Source of the DNA: Ignavibacteria bacterium UBA2373
Lineage (GTDB): Bacteria; Bacteroidota; Ignavibacteria; Kapaibacteriales; UBA961
Reading direction: 5' to 3'
NCBI GenBank assembly: GCA_002344005.1
Contig: DDTD01000098.1
Location: 18,432 to 82,431 of the forward strand
Length of the DNA stretch: 64,000 bases
Positions 1 through 9,961 of the stretch are shown piece by piece; position 1 is the first letter of the stretch, and every line of letters starts with the position of its first letter. The notes below the pieces were generated by a model, which saw nothing but the letters and a program-made list of their open reading frames with translations, had not been told where the DNA came from and ran no database searches. Both the position numbers and the translations under genes were made by a program.

Positions 1-594
1 TAATTTATTTATACCAAAAACACGCAAAAATTCATCCGTCGTAGAATACAATAATGGTTTACCGATTGTTTCTGCCCTACCTGAAATTGTGACAAGATTT
101 TTTTCCAATAATGCATTCACAACCTCACCGGAATTTACGCCGCGAATGGCATCAATTTCCGAACGTGTGGTGGGTTGTTTATAGGCAATAATCGCCAATG
201 TTTCCAAAGCTGCTTGCGATAAACGACGGCGTGATTTCGATTTTAATAATCGTTGTACATACTCGCCGTATTGAGGGGTGGTTGCAAATTGGAAACCGCC
301 GCCAACATTAACAATGCGGAAAGGTCGGGAAGAAAAATCCAAATCCAGATTTATCTCGCCAATCAACTCGTCAAAATATTCGGGCGTGAATGTCCCCCAC
401 AAATCTTCTTGCGGAGCCGGCTCTTCACCATTGTCCGCAACGGTTGTTTGTTGATTAAAATCTTCAAGAATAAGAAAACGGAATAAATCACGTACAGTTA
501 ATGGATCATCAGAAGCAAAAATAAGAGCTTCCAATGCTTTGCACTGTTTATTACGTTCAAGTGTTAGAAAATATGGGGTTTTTGTTGCTGCCAT
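1..594 (-). CDS. scpB: Segregation and condensation protein B (ScpB). Partial: the C-terminus runs off the window start.
   Basis: Reverse-strand ORF starting at ATG 594 translates to MAATKTPYFLTLERNKQCKALEALIFASDDPLTVRDL...LAIIAYKQPTTRSEIDAIRGVNSGEVVNALLEKNLV. This is the typical ScpB winged-helix pattern. No stop is reached before coordinate 1. Confidence 0.8.
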   Translation of the reverse strand, partial: MAATKTPYFLTLERNKQCKALEALIFASDDPLTVRDLFRFLILEDFNQQTTVADNGEEPAPQEDLWGTFTPEYFDELIGEINLDLDFSSRPFRIVNVGGGFQFATTPQYGEYVQRLLKSKSRRRLSQAALETLAIIAYKQPTTRSEIDAIRGVNSGEVVNALLEKNLVTISGRAETIGKPLLYSTTDEFLRVFGINKL

Positions 595-627
595 TGATAG
601 TGTTAATAGTTGAATAAATACAAAATA

Positions 628-1707
628 TTAATTTTTCTTGGAATAGGCAATACGAGGATCAACAATAGAATACAGTAAATCCGAAATTAAAATTCCAACA
701 AGAGTAAGAATTGCCGAAATGGTAAATACTGCCATAATCATAGGATAATCACGCGCTACTAATGCCTTAAAAGAAAGTTCACCCATTCCCGGGATACTAA
801 AAATAGTTTCAATAATAACCGAACCGCCAATTAAACCGGGTAAAATTCCCGCAAGCAATGTAATAATCGGGATAAGAGAATTGCGTAAAGCATGAACAAA
901 TATCACTTTTTTTTCACTTAGACCTTTTGCACGTGCTGTACGAATATAATCTTGTCTTACTGTTTCCAACATAGCCGAGCGCATTTGACGTGATATATAG
1001 GCAAAGCTGCCATACGTATAAATAATCATCGGTAATACTAAATGTGCAGCATAATCATTCATCTGACGAAAAAATGACCAATTCACCGAAAAATTAGGCG
1101 AGCGCAGTCCCCCCGACGGAAATATACTGATAAATTCATAATTACATAAAAATGTGATGGCAAGCGTACCTACCCAAAATGTCGGTAATGAATGAAGAGC
1201 AAATAAAAGGAATGTGGACAATTTATCGAGAAAACTGCCTTGATTCGTTGCCGAATATATCCCCAATGGAATAGCTATCACATAAGCAAGAAAAACGGCT
1301 GCTATATTCATGAATAATGTCACAGGCACACGCTCAATTAATTTTTCGAGTACAGGACGATTATCTTGGAAAGAATCACCAAAGTATGGAACTGATCGTG
1401 TTTTCAATGCCGACAGATTCACTTGACCATTGGCAAATGCCTCACGGAAATCAAGCATCATCATATCACCCATCCATATCACATATTGCTGCCATACCGG
1501 TTTATCCAAATTCCATTGCTTACGTACAAGTTCGATAATTTTAGCATTTATTCCCGTCGAACCACTCATATTACCGTCCGCACCGGCACCCACCTTCAAT
1601 GCAGCCGGATCACCCGGAGCTAAACGGCTTATACTGAACGAGATAAGCGTAATAATAAACAATGTTGGGATAAATAACAGTATCCGCTTTATGATGTACT
1701 CTACCAT
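628..1707 (-). CDS. ABC transporter permease, DppB/OppB/NikB-type (binding-protein-dependent inner membrane component)
   Basis: 359 aa. N-terminus MVEYIIKRILLFIPTLFIITLISFSISRLAPGDPA, multiple TM segments and EAA-like loop (ARAKGLSEKKVIFVHALRNSLIPIIT), typical of oligo/dipeptide permeases. Confidence 0.8.
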   Translation of the reverse strand: MVEYIIKRILLFIPTLFIITLISFSISRLAPGDPAALKVGAGADGNMSGSTGINAKIIELVRKQWNLDKPVWQQYVIWMGDMMMLDFREAFANGQVNLSALKTRSVPYFGDSFQDNRPVLEKLIERVPVTLFMNIAAVFLAYVIAIPLGIYSATNQGSFLDKLSTFLLFALHSLPTFWVGTLAITFLCNYEFISIFPSGGLRSPNFSVNWSFFRQMNDYAAHLVLPMIIYTYGSFAYISRQMRSAMLETVRQDYIRTARAKGLSEKKVIFVHALRNSLIPIITLLAGILPGLIGGSVIIETIFSIPGMGELSFKALVARDYPMIMAVFTISAILTLVGILISDLLYSIVDPRIAYSKKN

Positions 1708-1777
1708 ATCTTTCTTTCAAAATGATGCGCAAAGATACGAAAGCAGTAACCGTCCGAAAAATTGCCACGTCTATTTC

Positions 1778-4030
1778 TTAGGCAACATCAAAAAAACCGT
1801 GCCCCGAACCATACGATGCCAGAAATGCTGCACGCAGTTTCTGATGTTCCGGCTTACGTAAATGTGGATCTGCTTCTATCACGGCAAATGCCTCACGTCG
1901 CGCCATCGTTATTATATCTCCGTCGGACACCAAGTCAGTATAACGAAACTCCGGCATGCCACTTTGTCGGGTGCCTAATATGTCGCCCGGACCGCGCAAT
2001 GTCATATCCACTTCTGCTATCTTGAACCCATCATTTGTGTCCTCCATCGTTTTTAAACGCAGCACCGTTGCCCGCGCAGCCGACAGCTCTTCCGGCTTTT
2101 TGCCTATGTGATAACGGAAATGATCTTTCGTTGCCAAAAAACAATATGATTGCTCCGCACCACGCCCTACTCGCCCACGCAGTTGATGTAATTGAGCCAA
2201 GCCAAAACGTTCCGCATTTTCAATCAACATCACGGTGGCATTTGGCACATCTATCCCCACTTCTATCACCGTTGTTGCCACCAATATGTCATATTCACGC
2301 CTATAAAATGCTTTCATCACATCATCTTTCTCATACCACAGCATCTGACCATGAAGCAAGCCCACTCTAAGGTCGCCAAAAATTTCCGTTTGCAAATGCT
2401 CATAATGTTCAACTGCCGATTTCAGCTCCATCTTCTCGCTTTGTTCCACCAAAGGATACACGATATATGCCTGACGACCTTTCGCAACCTCCGCACGGAT
2501 AAAGTCAAAATATGTGCGCAATTCATTCTCAAAGATAATCTTCGTCCGTATAGGCTTACGGTTCTTAGGCAATTCATTGATAATTGAGACATCCAAATCA
2601 CCATAAAGTGTCATACTCAAAGTGCGCGGAATGGGCGTGGCAGACATCACCAATATATGCGGCACCAAACGCTCTTCTCCATGAGAATCCATCGCCATTG
2701 AACGCAGCTTTGCCCTTTGCATCACACCAAAACGATGCTGCTCATCAATCACGATAAGTCCAATTTTATGATACACTAAGTTTGACTCATTTTTAGATGT
2801 CATTCCCCCGAATAGAGCATGAGTCCCCACCACAATATGCGCCCTCCCCGAAGCGATTTCTTCTTGCACCGAAGCACGGACTTTCTTTTTCTGACCGCCC
2901 ACAAGCTGCACCACATTTACTCCCAGCCCCTCGAATAATGCTGAAATTCCCCGATAATGCTGCTCCGCCAATATCTCCGTTGGTGCCATAATCAATGTCT
3001 GAAAACCCGATTCCACCGCCATCAACATAGCAAATACCGACACGATGGTTTTCCCCGAACCGACATCGCCTTGCAATAAACGGTTCATCGGTTTGCCCGA
3101 ACGAAAATCATCGGCAATCTCATTGAGCACACGCTTTTGCGCCGAAGTCAACTCAAAAGGCAAACGATCGAGCAAAGTACGTGCTTTTGTGCTGCGCGGC
3201 TCTATCGTCACACCTTGCTCTTGCACACGATTACCCCGCCGACGCAATGCCAATATCATCTCGAAAAAAAACAGTTCCTCGAACTTCAACCGTCGTTTAG
3301 CCCAGCCGATTTCACGCAAATTTGTTGGTGCATGCAAAGCAGCAAATGCCCGCCCAAGCTCCGGCAAATCATATTGCCCCAGCATCGCCGCCGGAAAACA
3401 TTCCTCAATCTTGTCCCCATCATATTCCAAAGCCGTCAAAGCCAATCGCCGCAATAATGCCATCCAAATTCCCGCGCTCTTAAGCTCTTTAGTTATCGGA
3501 TATTGCGGCACTATTACTCCCTTAGCAAAAAGCTCCTCGTCCTCATCATTCACCCGCTCAATCGTCGGATGATGGAATTGCAATTTTCGAAATCGCTCCT
3601 CAAACTCGGGATTGCCCGACACTACATAGGTGCCATCTTGTTGCAACACTTTCTCATAATAGCCCACCTGCTGAAAAAACACAAGCTCAGCCGCCTGCGG
3701 CGAATCATCACGCACGGTGACTATGAGCATCTTACGACCGCCCGCAAATTCCTGACGACGAATGGCATGGACACGCACTATTACTGTGGCTTCTCGGCGA
3801 TATTGTACCTCCGACACTATATCATCAGACTTCAACTCCGAAAATAAAGTCTGCTTCCGGCAACGTTCCGCCAATGATGCAAGCGAAAAAATCGAACTTC
3901 TATCCAAATAGGCACGCGGCACATAACGCAGTAAATCCAATGTAGTGTGGATGCCGAGACCAATAAATGCCTCTGCCCGCTTCGGACCCACTCCCTTCAA
4001 AAACTGTATCGGCGTAAAAGTATTTTCCAC
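1778..4030 (-). CDS. recG: ATP-dependent DNA helicase RecG
   Basis: 750 aa. N-terminal wedge domain, helicase motifs (LLQGDVGSGKT Walker A, DEQHRFGV DEAH-box variant, C-terminal HQLRGRVGRG) and collinear RecG architecture. Confidence 0.9.
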   Translation of the reverse strand: MENTFTPIQFLKGVGPKRAEAFIGLGIHTTLDLLRYVPRAYLDRSSIFSLASLAERCRKQTLFSELKSDDIVSEVQYRREATVIVRVHAIRRQEFAGGRKMLIVTVRDDSPQAAELVFFQQVGYYEKVLQQDGTYVVSGNPEFEERFRKLQFHHPTIERVNDEDEELFAKGVIVPQYPITKELKSAGIWMALLRRLALTALEYDGDKIEECFPAAMLGQYDLPELGRAFAALHAPTNLREIGWAKRRLKFEELFFFEMILALRRRGNRVQEQGVTIEPRSTKARTLLDRLPFELTSAQKRVLNEIADDFRSGKPMNRLLQGDVGSGKTIVSVFAMLMAVESGFQTLIMAPTEILAEQHYRGISALFEGLGVNVVQLVGGQKKKVRASVQEEIASGRAHIVVGTHALFGGMTSKNESNLVYHKIGLIVIDEQHRFGVMQRAKLRSMAMDSHGEERLVPHILVMSATPIPRTLSMTLYGDLDVSIINELPKNRKPIRTKIIFENELRTYFDFIRAEVAKGRQAYIVYPLVEQSEKMELKSAVEHYEHLQTEIFGDLRVGLLHGQMLWYEKDDVMKAFYRREYDILVATTVIEVGIDVPNATVMLIENAERFGLAQLHQLRGRVGRGAEQSYCFLATKDHFRYHIGKKPEELSAARATVLRLKTMEDTNDGFKIAEVDMTLRGPGDILGTRQSGMPEFRYTDLVSDGDIITMARREAFAVIEADPHLRKPEHQKLRAAFLASYGSGHGFFDVA

Positions 4031-4232
4031 TGCATCTATCCTCTTGAAAAACCAATCCCTGCAAAATTACTGCAAATCTGTCGGCAAACTTACCAATCGC
4101 TCAATGAGAGCATAGCCATACATGGACCATAGCATATCAGCAATATATCACCAAGACCGCATATTGAGATAAAAGCATATCATCGCATTCTCCGCAAAGG
4201 CAGAATAGATAATGATAATCTACAATGTCAAA

Positions 4233-5144
4233 TCACACATAGATAAATTTATTTCTATCCAAGATATTTTCTTCATCAAGTCGGTATGCTGCAAGGTGTC
4301 CGCCTTTTGCTACGCTATAATCTAAGCAACAAATATTTTCTTTATATAATGATGGTTCGCCTTTGAGCCAATAATGTCCGAAGAAAACAAATTTGTCCTT
4401 GCTTTGATAATAATAATCTGATAATAATTCCGTACTCTCAATAGGATATTCCGGTAAATTTTCAAGTGGTTCAATACTTATTGATTTATATGTCATATCG
4501 GAAGGATTTTCCCACCATTTAATTCGTATTTCTGTTCTTCGTGTTCCGTCTTTATCCATAAAAAAAAGTCCCTCGGGCATTTTTATTTCTTTTCCTTTTA
4601 ATGTCAGTTCAACCGCTTCATGCAATGGAGTTTCTTTTTTTACTGATTGATAAATTAGTTCATCGGTTAATCGGTTATTTACCAATAATTGTCGCAAATA
4701 ATCAATACTTTTTTTGTCCCAACAGGCATGAACAGCTCTGAAAGTATCCGTTTCATAATAAAGCGGCAAAGTCTTGAACCAGTCCAGATAATCTTCATAC
4801 TCTTTTTGGAGGTTCTGAAATTGTTTTAAGGTTTCATAATGCTGAATAATATTTTTAATGAGATGCTTTCGTAAATGCCCTCCTTCGGTTTCTTGAAAAT
4901 GGAAACACAGCGCATTATATTCATGATTTCCCATTAAAGCAATGGCATTGTCACTGTCAACCATTGATTTCACTATTTCAAGGGTTTCCCTAATTTTCGG
5001 ACCCCTGTCAATATAATCCCCAACAAATAGAACTTTTCTGTCAGGATGGGCATATACTCCTTTATTTTTTGCATAACCCAACTTCAGCAATAATTGTTCA
5101 AGTTTGTCTGCATGTCCGTGAATATCTCCAATAAGATCTATCAT
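4233..5144 (-). CDS. Calcineurin-like metallophosphoesterase (PrpE/ApaH-like Ser/Thr phosphatase or diadenosine tetraphosphatase family)
   Basis: MIDLIGDIHGH...VLFVGDYIDRGP...GNHE metallophosphatase motifs. Start placed at internal ATG 5144 (MIDLIGDIHGH) because the motif GDxHG normally lies within ~10 aa of the N-terminus. The ORF track extends it to 5228. Confidence 0.7.
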   Translation of the reverse strand: MIDLIGDIHGHADKLEQLLLKLGYAKNKGVYAHPDRKVLFVGDYIDRGPKIRETLEIVKSMVDSDNAIALMGNHEYNALCFHFQETEGGHLRKHLIKNIIQHYETLKQFQNLQKEYEDYLDWFKTLPLYYETDTFRAVHACWDKKSIDYLRQLLVNNRLTDELIYQSVKKETPLHEAVELTLKGKEIKMPEGLFFMDKDGTRRTEIRIKWWENPSDMTYKSISIEPLENLPEYPIESTELLSDYYYQSKDKFVFFGHYWLKGEPSLYKENICCLDYSVAKGGHLAAYRLDEENILDRNKFIYV

Positions 5145-5327
5145 AGTGTATAAAGTATTATGTGAATTATAGCACAATCTGTACAGTAGGAAAGTAAACA
5201 ATGTATGCACATTGAACATTATATCCAACTATATCAGCAATGCCATGTATGTTCTCTAAACTACAAAATTTTTGGCTCTTGCAATATAATGAATGCAATG
5301 TCCATAATCATTCGTATTTTTTCCATA

Positions 5328-6323
5328 TTATTCATTATCATCAATATTAAAAGCGTTTAGAATTTCTGTCCATTTTTGTTGAAGAACAGTTTTATTGGGG
5401 AGTTTTGTTTCGTAATCGGCTATAAGTGTGGGCGAAAGGCTTCTGTTTAAGGCATATTCTACTACCGTGTCGTCTTTGCCTTTACAGAGCAAAATGCCTA
5501 TACTTGGGTTTTCGTATTCAGTTTTTACATCACGGTCGAGTGCTTCGAGGTAGAAATTGAGTTGCCCCAGATGTTCGGGCTTAAAGCGTTCTATTTTGAG
5601 TTCGATAGCCACCAAGCTGCGCAGTTTTCTGTGATAAAACACCAAATCAATGGCAAAATCTTGATTACCTACCTGCAAAGGATATTCTTCACCCATAAAT
5701 GCAAAATCGCGTCCAAATTCCAATAAAAAAGCCGTGATATTGTGGGAAATGGCTTTTTGTAAGTCTTTTTCAACATGTTGTTCGGGCAGATTCAAGAGTT
5801 CCAACACATACGTATCTTTAAAAACATTGGTAATGTCTTGCGGCAAAGTCTTATGCGCCTCGCTGAGTTGTGCATTCCCAAGCATTACTCGCTCATAATA
5901 TGAGGAATTGATTTGACGTTCAAGTTCTCTTTTGGATAGGCGTTCTTTGATGCTTAACCGCACATAAAACTCACGTTCTTGTGCTGTTTTACAAGAAGAA
6001 AAAATAATTGTGTGATGCGTCCAATCTAATTCTCTCACCAGTGGTGCGAGTTTTGGCTCATCTTTGTACGTTTCATAAAACTGCTTCATACGCCAGAGGT
6101 TTTGGGCAGAAAATCCCTTTATATTCGGTTCGGTTTTGGCAATAAATTCCGCCAGCTCTTTTACAACAGATTTTCCCCATGATTTTGCGCTTACTTGCAG
6201 ATGCAAATATTCACCAATATTCCAATAAAGCATTACCAATTCATGATTAACGGCTTGGTAAGCACGCTGTTTGGCTTCTGCAATCAGCTTTGTGATATAC
6301 GAAAATTGAGTTTGTAGTTCCAT
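5328..6323 (-). CDS. DUF1016 / YhcG-family PDDEXK nuclease-domain protein
   Basis: 331 aa. N-terminal YWNIGEYL-type helical region and C-terminal PD-(D/E)XK core (DLVFYHRKLRSLVAIELKIERFKPEHLGQLNFYL), characteristic of the YhcG/DUF1016 family. Confidence 0.7.
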   Translation of the reverse strand: MELQTQFSYITKLIAEAKQRAYQAVNHELVMLYWNIGEYLHLQVSAKSWGKSVVKELAEFIAKTEPNIKGFSAQNLWRMKQFYETYKDEPKLAPLVRELDWTHHTIIFSSCKTAQEREFYVRLSIKERLSKRELERQINSSYYERVMLGNAQLSEAHKTLPQDITNVFKDTYVLELLNLPEQHVEKDLQKAISHNITAFLLEFGRDFAFMGEEYPLQVGNQDFAIDLVFYHRKLRSLVAIELKIERFKPEHLGQLNFYLEALDRDVKTEYENPSIGILLCKGKDDTVVEYALNRSLSPTLIADYETKLPNKTVLQQKWTEILNAFNIDDNE

Positions 6324-6392
6324 GAGTCCTTTTTCATTTTAATTTTTTTTCGATACAATGTAATTATCGCTGCCGAGCTTGATTGTATGTTT

Positions 6393-6686
6393 TTATATCT
6401 GTGTGTCGGGAAGATTTTCGAGCTGTATGCCACAAGATAAAAAGCGTACATTGTGCGCAAGATTCATCAATTTCATGCTACCAACTCTATCATAATTTCT
6501 GACATCAGGAAAGTGATACTTGACTATTTCGGCTGGATAATGGCAAACATTTTTTTCTCTTTGGATAACTTTCTCAAAATTTTCACATTTTGCAGAACCT
6601 AACTTCAGCAATAATTGTTCAAGTTTGTCTGTATGTCCGTGAATGTCTCCAATAAGATCTATCATAGTGTATAAGTATATATCCAT
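6393..6686 (-). pseudogene. Truncated, decayed paralog of the upstream metallophosphoesterase (5' remnant only)
   Basis: Translation MDIYLYTMIDLIGDIHGHTDKLEQLLLKLGSAKCENFEKVIQREKNVCHYPAEIVKYHFPDVRNYDRVG matches the first ~30 codons of the 4233..5144 gene almost exactly. It then degenerates (GDYIDRGP becomes VRNYDRVG) and stops after 97 codons. DNA 6597..6745 duplicates 5083..5290. Confidence 0.55.
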
Positions 6687-6848
6687 CTGTATCAGCTATG
6701 TCATATATGTTCTCTAAACTACAAAAATTTAACTACATACTCTCACCCCTAATAATCGCTTTTGTCCGTGTTTCTATGGCTTGGAAAGCACAGAGAGCAA
6801 TGAAGATAGGGCGTTTCCTCGTAATTTGCACTTAGTTTTTCAACACAA

Positions 6849-9176
6849 ATGTTATCGAAGTTCATGGCTACAGCACAGCAAAAAGGAGGAAAGACCTCTT
6901 CGACGGGTCAGATATTGACATCCATACCAATGTGGGTGCTCGGTATAGTATTCATTGTGACAACATTGATTTTTTTCAGAGAGAATATCTTCGGGAAGGG
7001 TTATCTGTGGGATGATGTGGCGGAGTATATCTACCCGTTTACGACATATTCGGCACGACTTACCGCCGAAGGCCAGATACCGTTTTGGAATCCCTATACA
7101 TTTTCGGGTATGCCGTTCGCAGCGGATTTCCAGACACAGTATTGGTATCCGTTCCATACGATGGCATTTTTATTTTTGGATAATCAAGGTAATTTATCGC
7201 CAAAGTTCGTGGAAAGCATTGTGTTTTTGCATGTATTACTCGCGCAATGGACAATGTATATGCTGTGTCGTTATAAGGGCATCAGCGGCATGGGGTCGGT
7301 GTTGGCGGCAGTGGCATTCAGTTTTTCGGGATCGCTGGCAGTACGCACCATCCACCCTATGGTCGTCTATCACATGGCATGGTTCCCTTTGTTTTTGATG
7401 CTCATAGATAAAGCGGCTTTTCAAAAGAATATAAAGTCATTATTCGGTGCGGCTTTGGTGCTGGGGCTTATGCTCATCTCGGGTCACCCGCAAACGTCGG
7501 CTTTTTGTTTGATTTTTACGGTGATATATTTACTGTGGATGGGTATTGGCGCATTAAAAGCCAAGGAGTTGAGCGTTGCAGGATTTGGTACAGGGGCAGC
7601 AACAGCTATTGGGACTATAGTACTCGCGGCAATGATGGTCGCTATACAATTCCTTCCGGCAAAAGAACTTGCAGATTTGTCCGAACGGAGCGAAATCACC
7701 TATGAAAAAACAGCTGACGGCTCTTTGATGCCCTCACAGTTGTTAACAGCTATTGTTCCTAATCTCTATGGGAAATCGTTCCCCGGGAAATCCGATCCGC
7801 CGTATTATTTGCAAGATGCAGAAGGCAAACCGGCAGAAACCCATTACTATTGGGATACTTCTTTTTACTTCGGCAGCGTCACTCTCATTTTGGGTCTATT
7901 CGGTGTTTTGACTTTATGGAATACCCGTTTTGGTTCTTTTATTATAACGATGTGCGGCATTGCCTTTCTCTATGGCTTAGGTAAAAATGGCTTTTTGCAT
8001 CCCCTTTTGCAGGATATTCCCGTTCTTGGTTCCTTTCGTAATCCTGCCCGTATGATGTTTTATTGGAGTTTTGGTTTATCTATCATGGCGGGTTTTGGCT
8101 TTGATGCCTTGCGCAATGCGGATAAATCTGCTGTTATCAAACGTTTTTTGATACCTGCGGGTGTCATTTTAGCTATTGCCTTACTTGTGTCTATTGGGGC
8201 TTTGAATGGTATGCTTGGTACGCCGGAGAATGCAGTTGATGCGGTGAGCGGTTTCGGTATGCAGGCATTGGTGATGATTATTGCGGCATTTATTATTGGT
8301 CATATTGTTCATCGCGGATGGGTAAACCCCGTAGTGGGCGGAGCCATTGCGACGGTATTGATCTTTATTGATTTGACAATTTCATATTCGGGATTCAGTG
8401 CTTCGAAGGAAAATCCGGCACAGCAATTTGCGCTTGATGAGCAGACAAAACAATCGTTTGCAATTAAGCCACCGCAAGAAATTTTCCGGGTTTCGATGCG
8501 CAATAAATATGGCATGGCTATGAAAAGGAATCAGGGACCATTGGATAATATTATGTTATTCGAGGGCTATAACCCAATATTGCTCTCACGTCGCAGCCCC
8601 ATGGCACAAACATCAAAGGAAGCTGCCGATCTTTTGAATATTCGTTATGAACTCGTTATTGATTCGATGCGTGGTCAATTAGCATTTGCCGAAAGACCAA
8701 GTGTACTGCCCCGTGCACGTATGGTCTATGATGTGAAAATTGTTCCGACGGATAATGTGAAATCGGTAATGAAAGCCGGAGGCATAGACTATAAACATCA
8801 ATCGGTCATCGAAGAACAATTACCGGAAAAACTTTCGGGAAAATCTGCCGACAGCGTCAAACATAGCATTGTATGTACTTCTTATACGGACAATGAATTC
8901 AGCTATACCATTGAAACCGAGGAGCCGGGATTATTATCATTGAGTGAAATCTGGTATCCGGCATGGAAAGCAACCATAGATGGCAATGAAACTCCGATGT
9001 ATAGAACCAATTACAGCTTACGCGGAGTCTATGTGCCAAAGGGTAAACATACCATTACCATGAAATATGATTCGGCAAGCTTTGCCACAGGAAAAATGCT
9101 GACCATCATTGGACTTGTCCTTTGCGGCGGCGGTTTTGTCGTAACAATGGTAATGGATAAAAAAAAGAAATCATAA
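6849..9176 (+). CDS. YfhO-family polytopic membrane protein (putative glycosyl-transfer-associated membrane protein)
   Basis: 775 aa, more than 10 predicted TM helices. C-terminal region ...EIWYPAWKATIDGNETPMYRTNYSLRGVYVPKGKHTITMKY resembles the conserved YfhO C-terminus. The true start may be a downstream Met. Confidence 0.6.
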   Translation: MLSKFMATAQQKGGKTSSTGQILTSIPMWVLGIVFIVTTLIFFRENIFGKGYLWDDVAEYIYPFTTYSARLTAEGQIPFWNPYTFSGMPFAADFQTQYWYPFHTMAFLFLDNQGNLSPKFVESIVFLHVLLAQWTMYMLCRYKGISGMGSVLAAVAFSFSGSLAVRTIHPMVVYHMAWFPLFLMLIDKAAFQKNIKSLFGAALVLGLMLISGHPQTSAFCLIFTVIYLLWMGIGALKAKELSVAGFGTGAATAIGTIVLAAMMVAIQFLPAKELADLSERSEITYEKTADGSLMPSQLLTAIVPNLYGKSFPGKSDPPYYLQDAEGKPAETHYYWDTSFYFGSVTLILGLFGVLTLWNTRFGSFIITMCGIAFLYGLGKNGFLHPLLQDIPVLGSFRNPARMMFYWSFGLSIMAGFGFDALRNADKSAVIKRFLIPAGVILAIALLVSIGALNGMLGTPENAVDAVSGFGMQALVMIIAAFIIGHIVHRGWVNPVVGGAIATVLIFIDLTISYSGFSASKENPAQQFALDEQTKQSFAIKPPQEIFRVSMRNKYGMAMKRNQGPLDNIMLFEGYNPILLSRRSPMAQTSKEAADLLNIRYELVIDSMRGQLAFAERPSVLPRARMVYDVKIVPTDNVKSVMKAGGIDYKHQSVIEEQLPEKLSGKSADSVKHSIVCTSYTDNEFSYTIETEEPGLLSLSEIWYPAWKATIDGNETPMYRTNYSLRGVYVPKGKHTITMKYDSASFATGKMLTIIGLVLCGGGFVVTMVMDKKKKS

Positions 9177-9195
9177 ATGCAAAGGATAAAAATAG

Positions 9196-9951
9196 ATGAA
9201 AACACTCTACATAGCAGGTAATTGGAAAATGAATATGTCGCCCTCGCAGGCAGAAATATTTATGCAAGAATTAATCGCAACAATGCCCGCAGCTCATGAC
9301 CGATGTGAAGTTATTGTATGCCCTCCATATCTTGCATTAAGCACCGTTGCAAAACAAATCGAAAACACTCGCATCATGTTGGGTGCTCAAAATTGTCATG
9401 AACAAGAAAAAGGTGCTTATACGGGAGAAATTTCCGCTGCGATGTTGGCAGATATAGGAGTGAAATATTGTATAGTCGGACATTCGGAACGACGACGTGA
9501 TTTTCAGGAAACCGATACACACATTGCAAAAAAGATTATGGCACTGCTTGCAAAAAATATACGCCCTATTTGGTGTGTGGGAGAAACCCTTGAAGAAAGG
9601 CAAACGGGAATGACTTTTGAGCGCATCCGTTCCCAAGTAACGACAACATTGGATTGCTTAAAAGGACAGGATTGTTCTTCTCTGCTTATTGCCTATGAAC
9701 CAATTTGGGCAATAGGTACGGGACTTGCCGCCACGCCGGAGCAAGCCGAAGAAGTACATAGTCATATCCACCATACTATCGCATCATATTCCATAGATTT
9801 GCCTATACTTTATGGCGGCTCGGTCACGGCAGAAAATGCAGAATCACTTCTGAGTCGTGAAGCAATAAACGGCGCACTTATCGGTGGGGCTGCACTCTCA
9901 GCACAATCATTTAATACAATTATCAACACAGCCCATTCTCTCATCAATTAA
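9196..9951 (+). CDS. tpiA: Triosephosphate isomerase
   Basis: MKTLYIAGNWKMN..., IVGHSERR, AYEPIWAIGTG catalytic motifs. 251 aa. Confidence 0.95.
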   Translation: MKTLYIAGNWKMNMSPSQAEIFMQELIATMPAAHDRCEVIVCPPYLALSTVAKQIENTRIMLGAQNCHEQEKGAYTGEISAAMLADIGVKYCIVGHSERRRDFQETDTHIAKKIMALLAKNIRPIWCVGETLEERQTGMTFERIRSQVTTTLDCLKGQDCSSLLIAYEPIWAIGTGLAATPEQAEEVHSHIHHTIASYSIDLPILYGGSVTAENAESLLSREAINGALIGGAALSAQSFNTIINTAHSLIN

Positions 9952-9961
9952 TTGCCTTACC

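Noticed and set aside
1317-1861. Several 60-140-codon ORFs antisense to, or overlapping, large genes (e.g. 1317..1538, 1430..1861, 3045..3572, 7012..7398, 16448..16786, 32033..32344, 38910..39262)
   Set aside because: They lie entirely within well-supported longer CDSs on the other strand or frame and have no recognisable motifs. They are typical translation artefacts.
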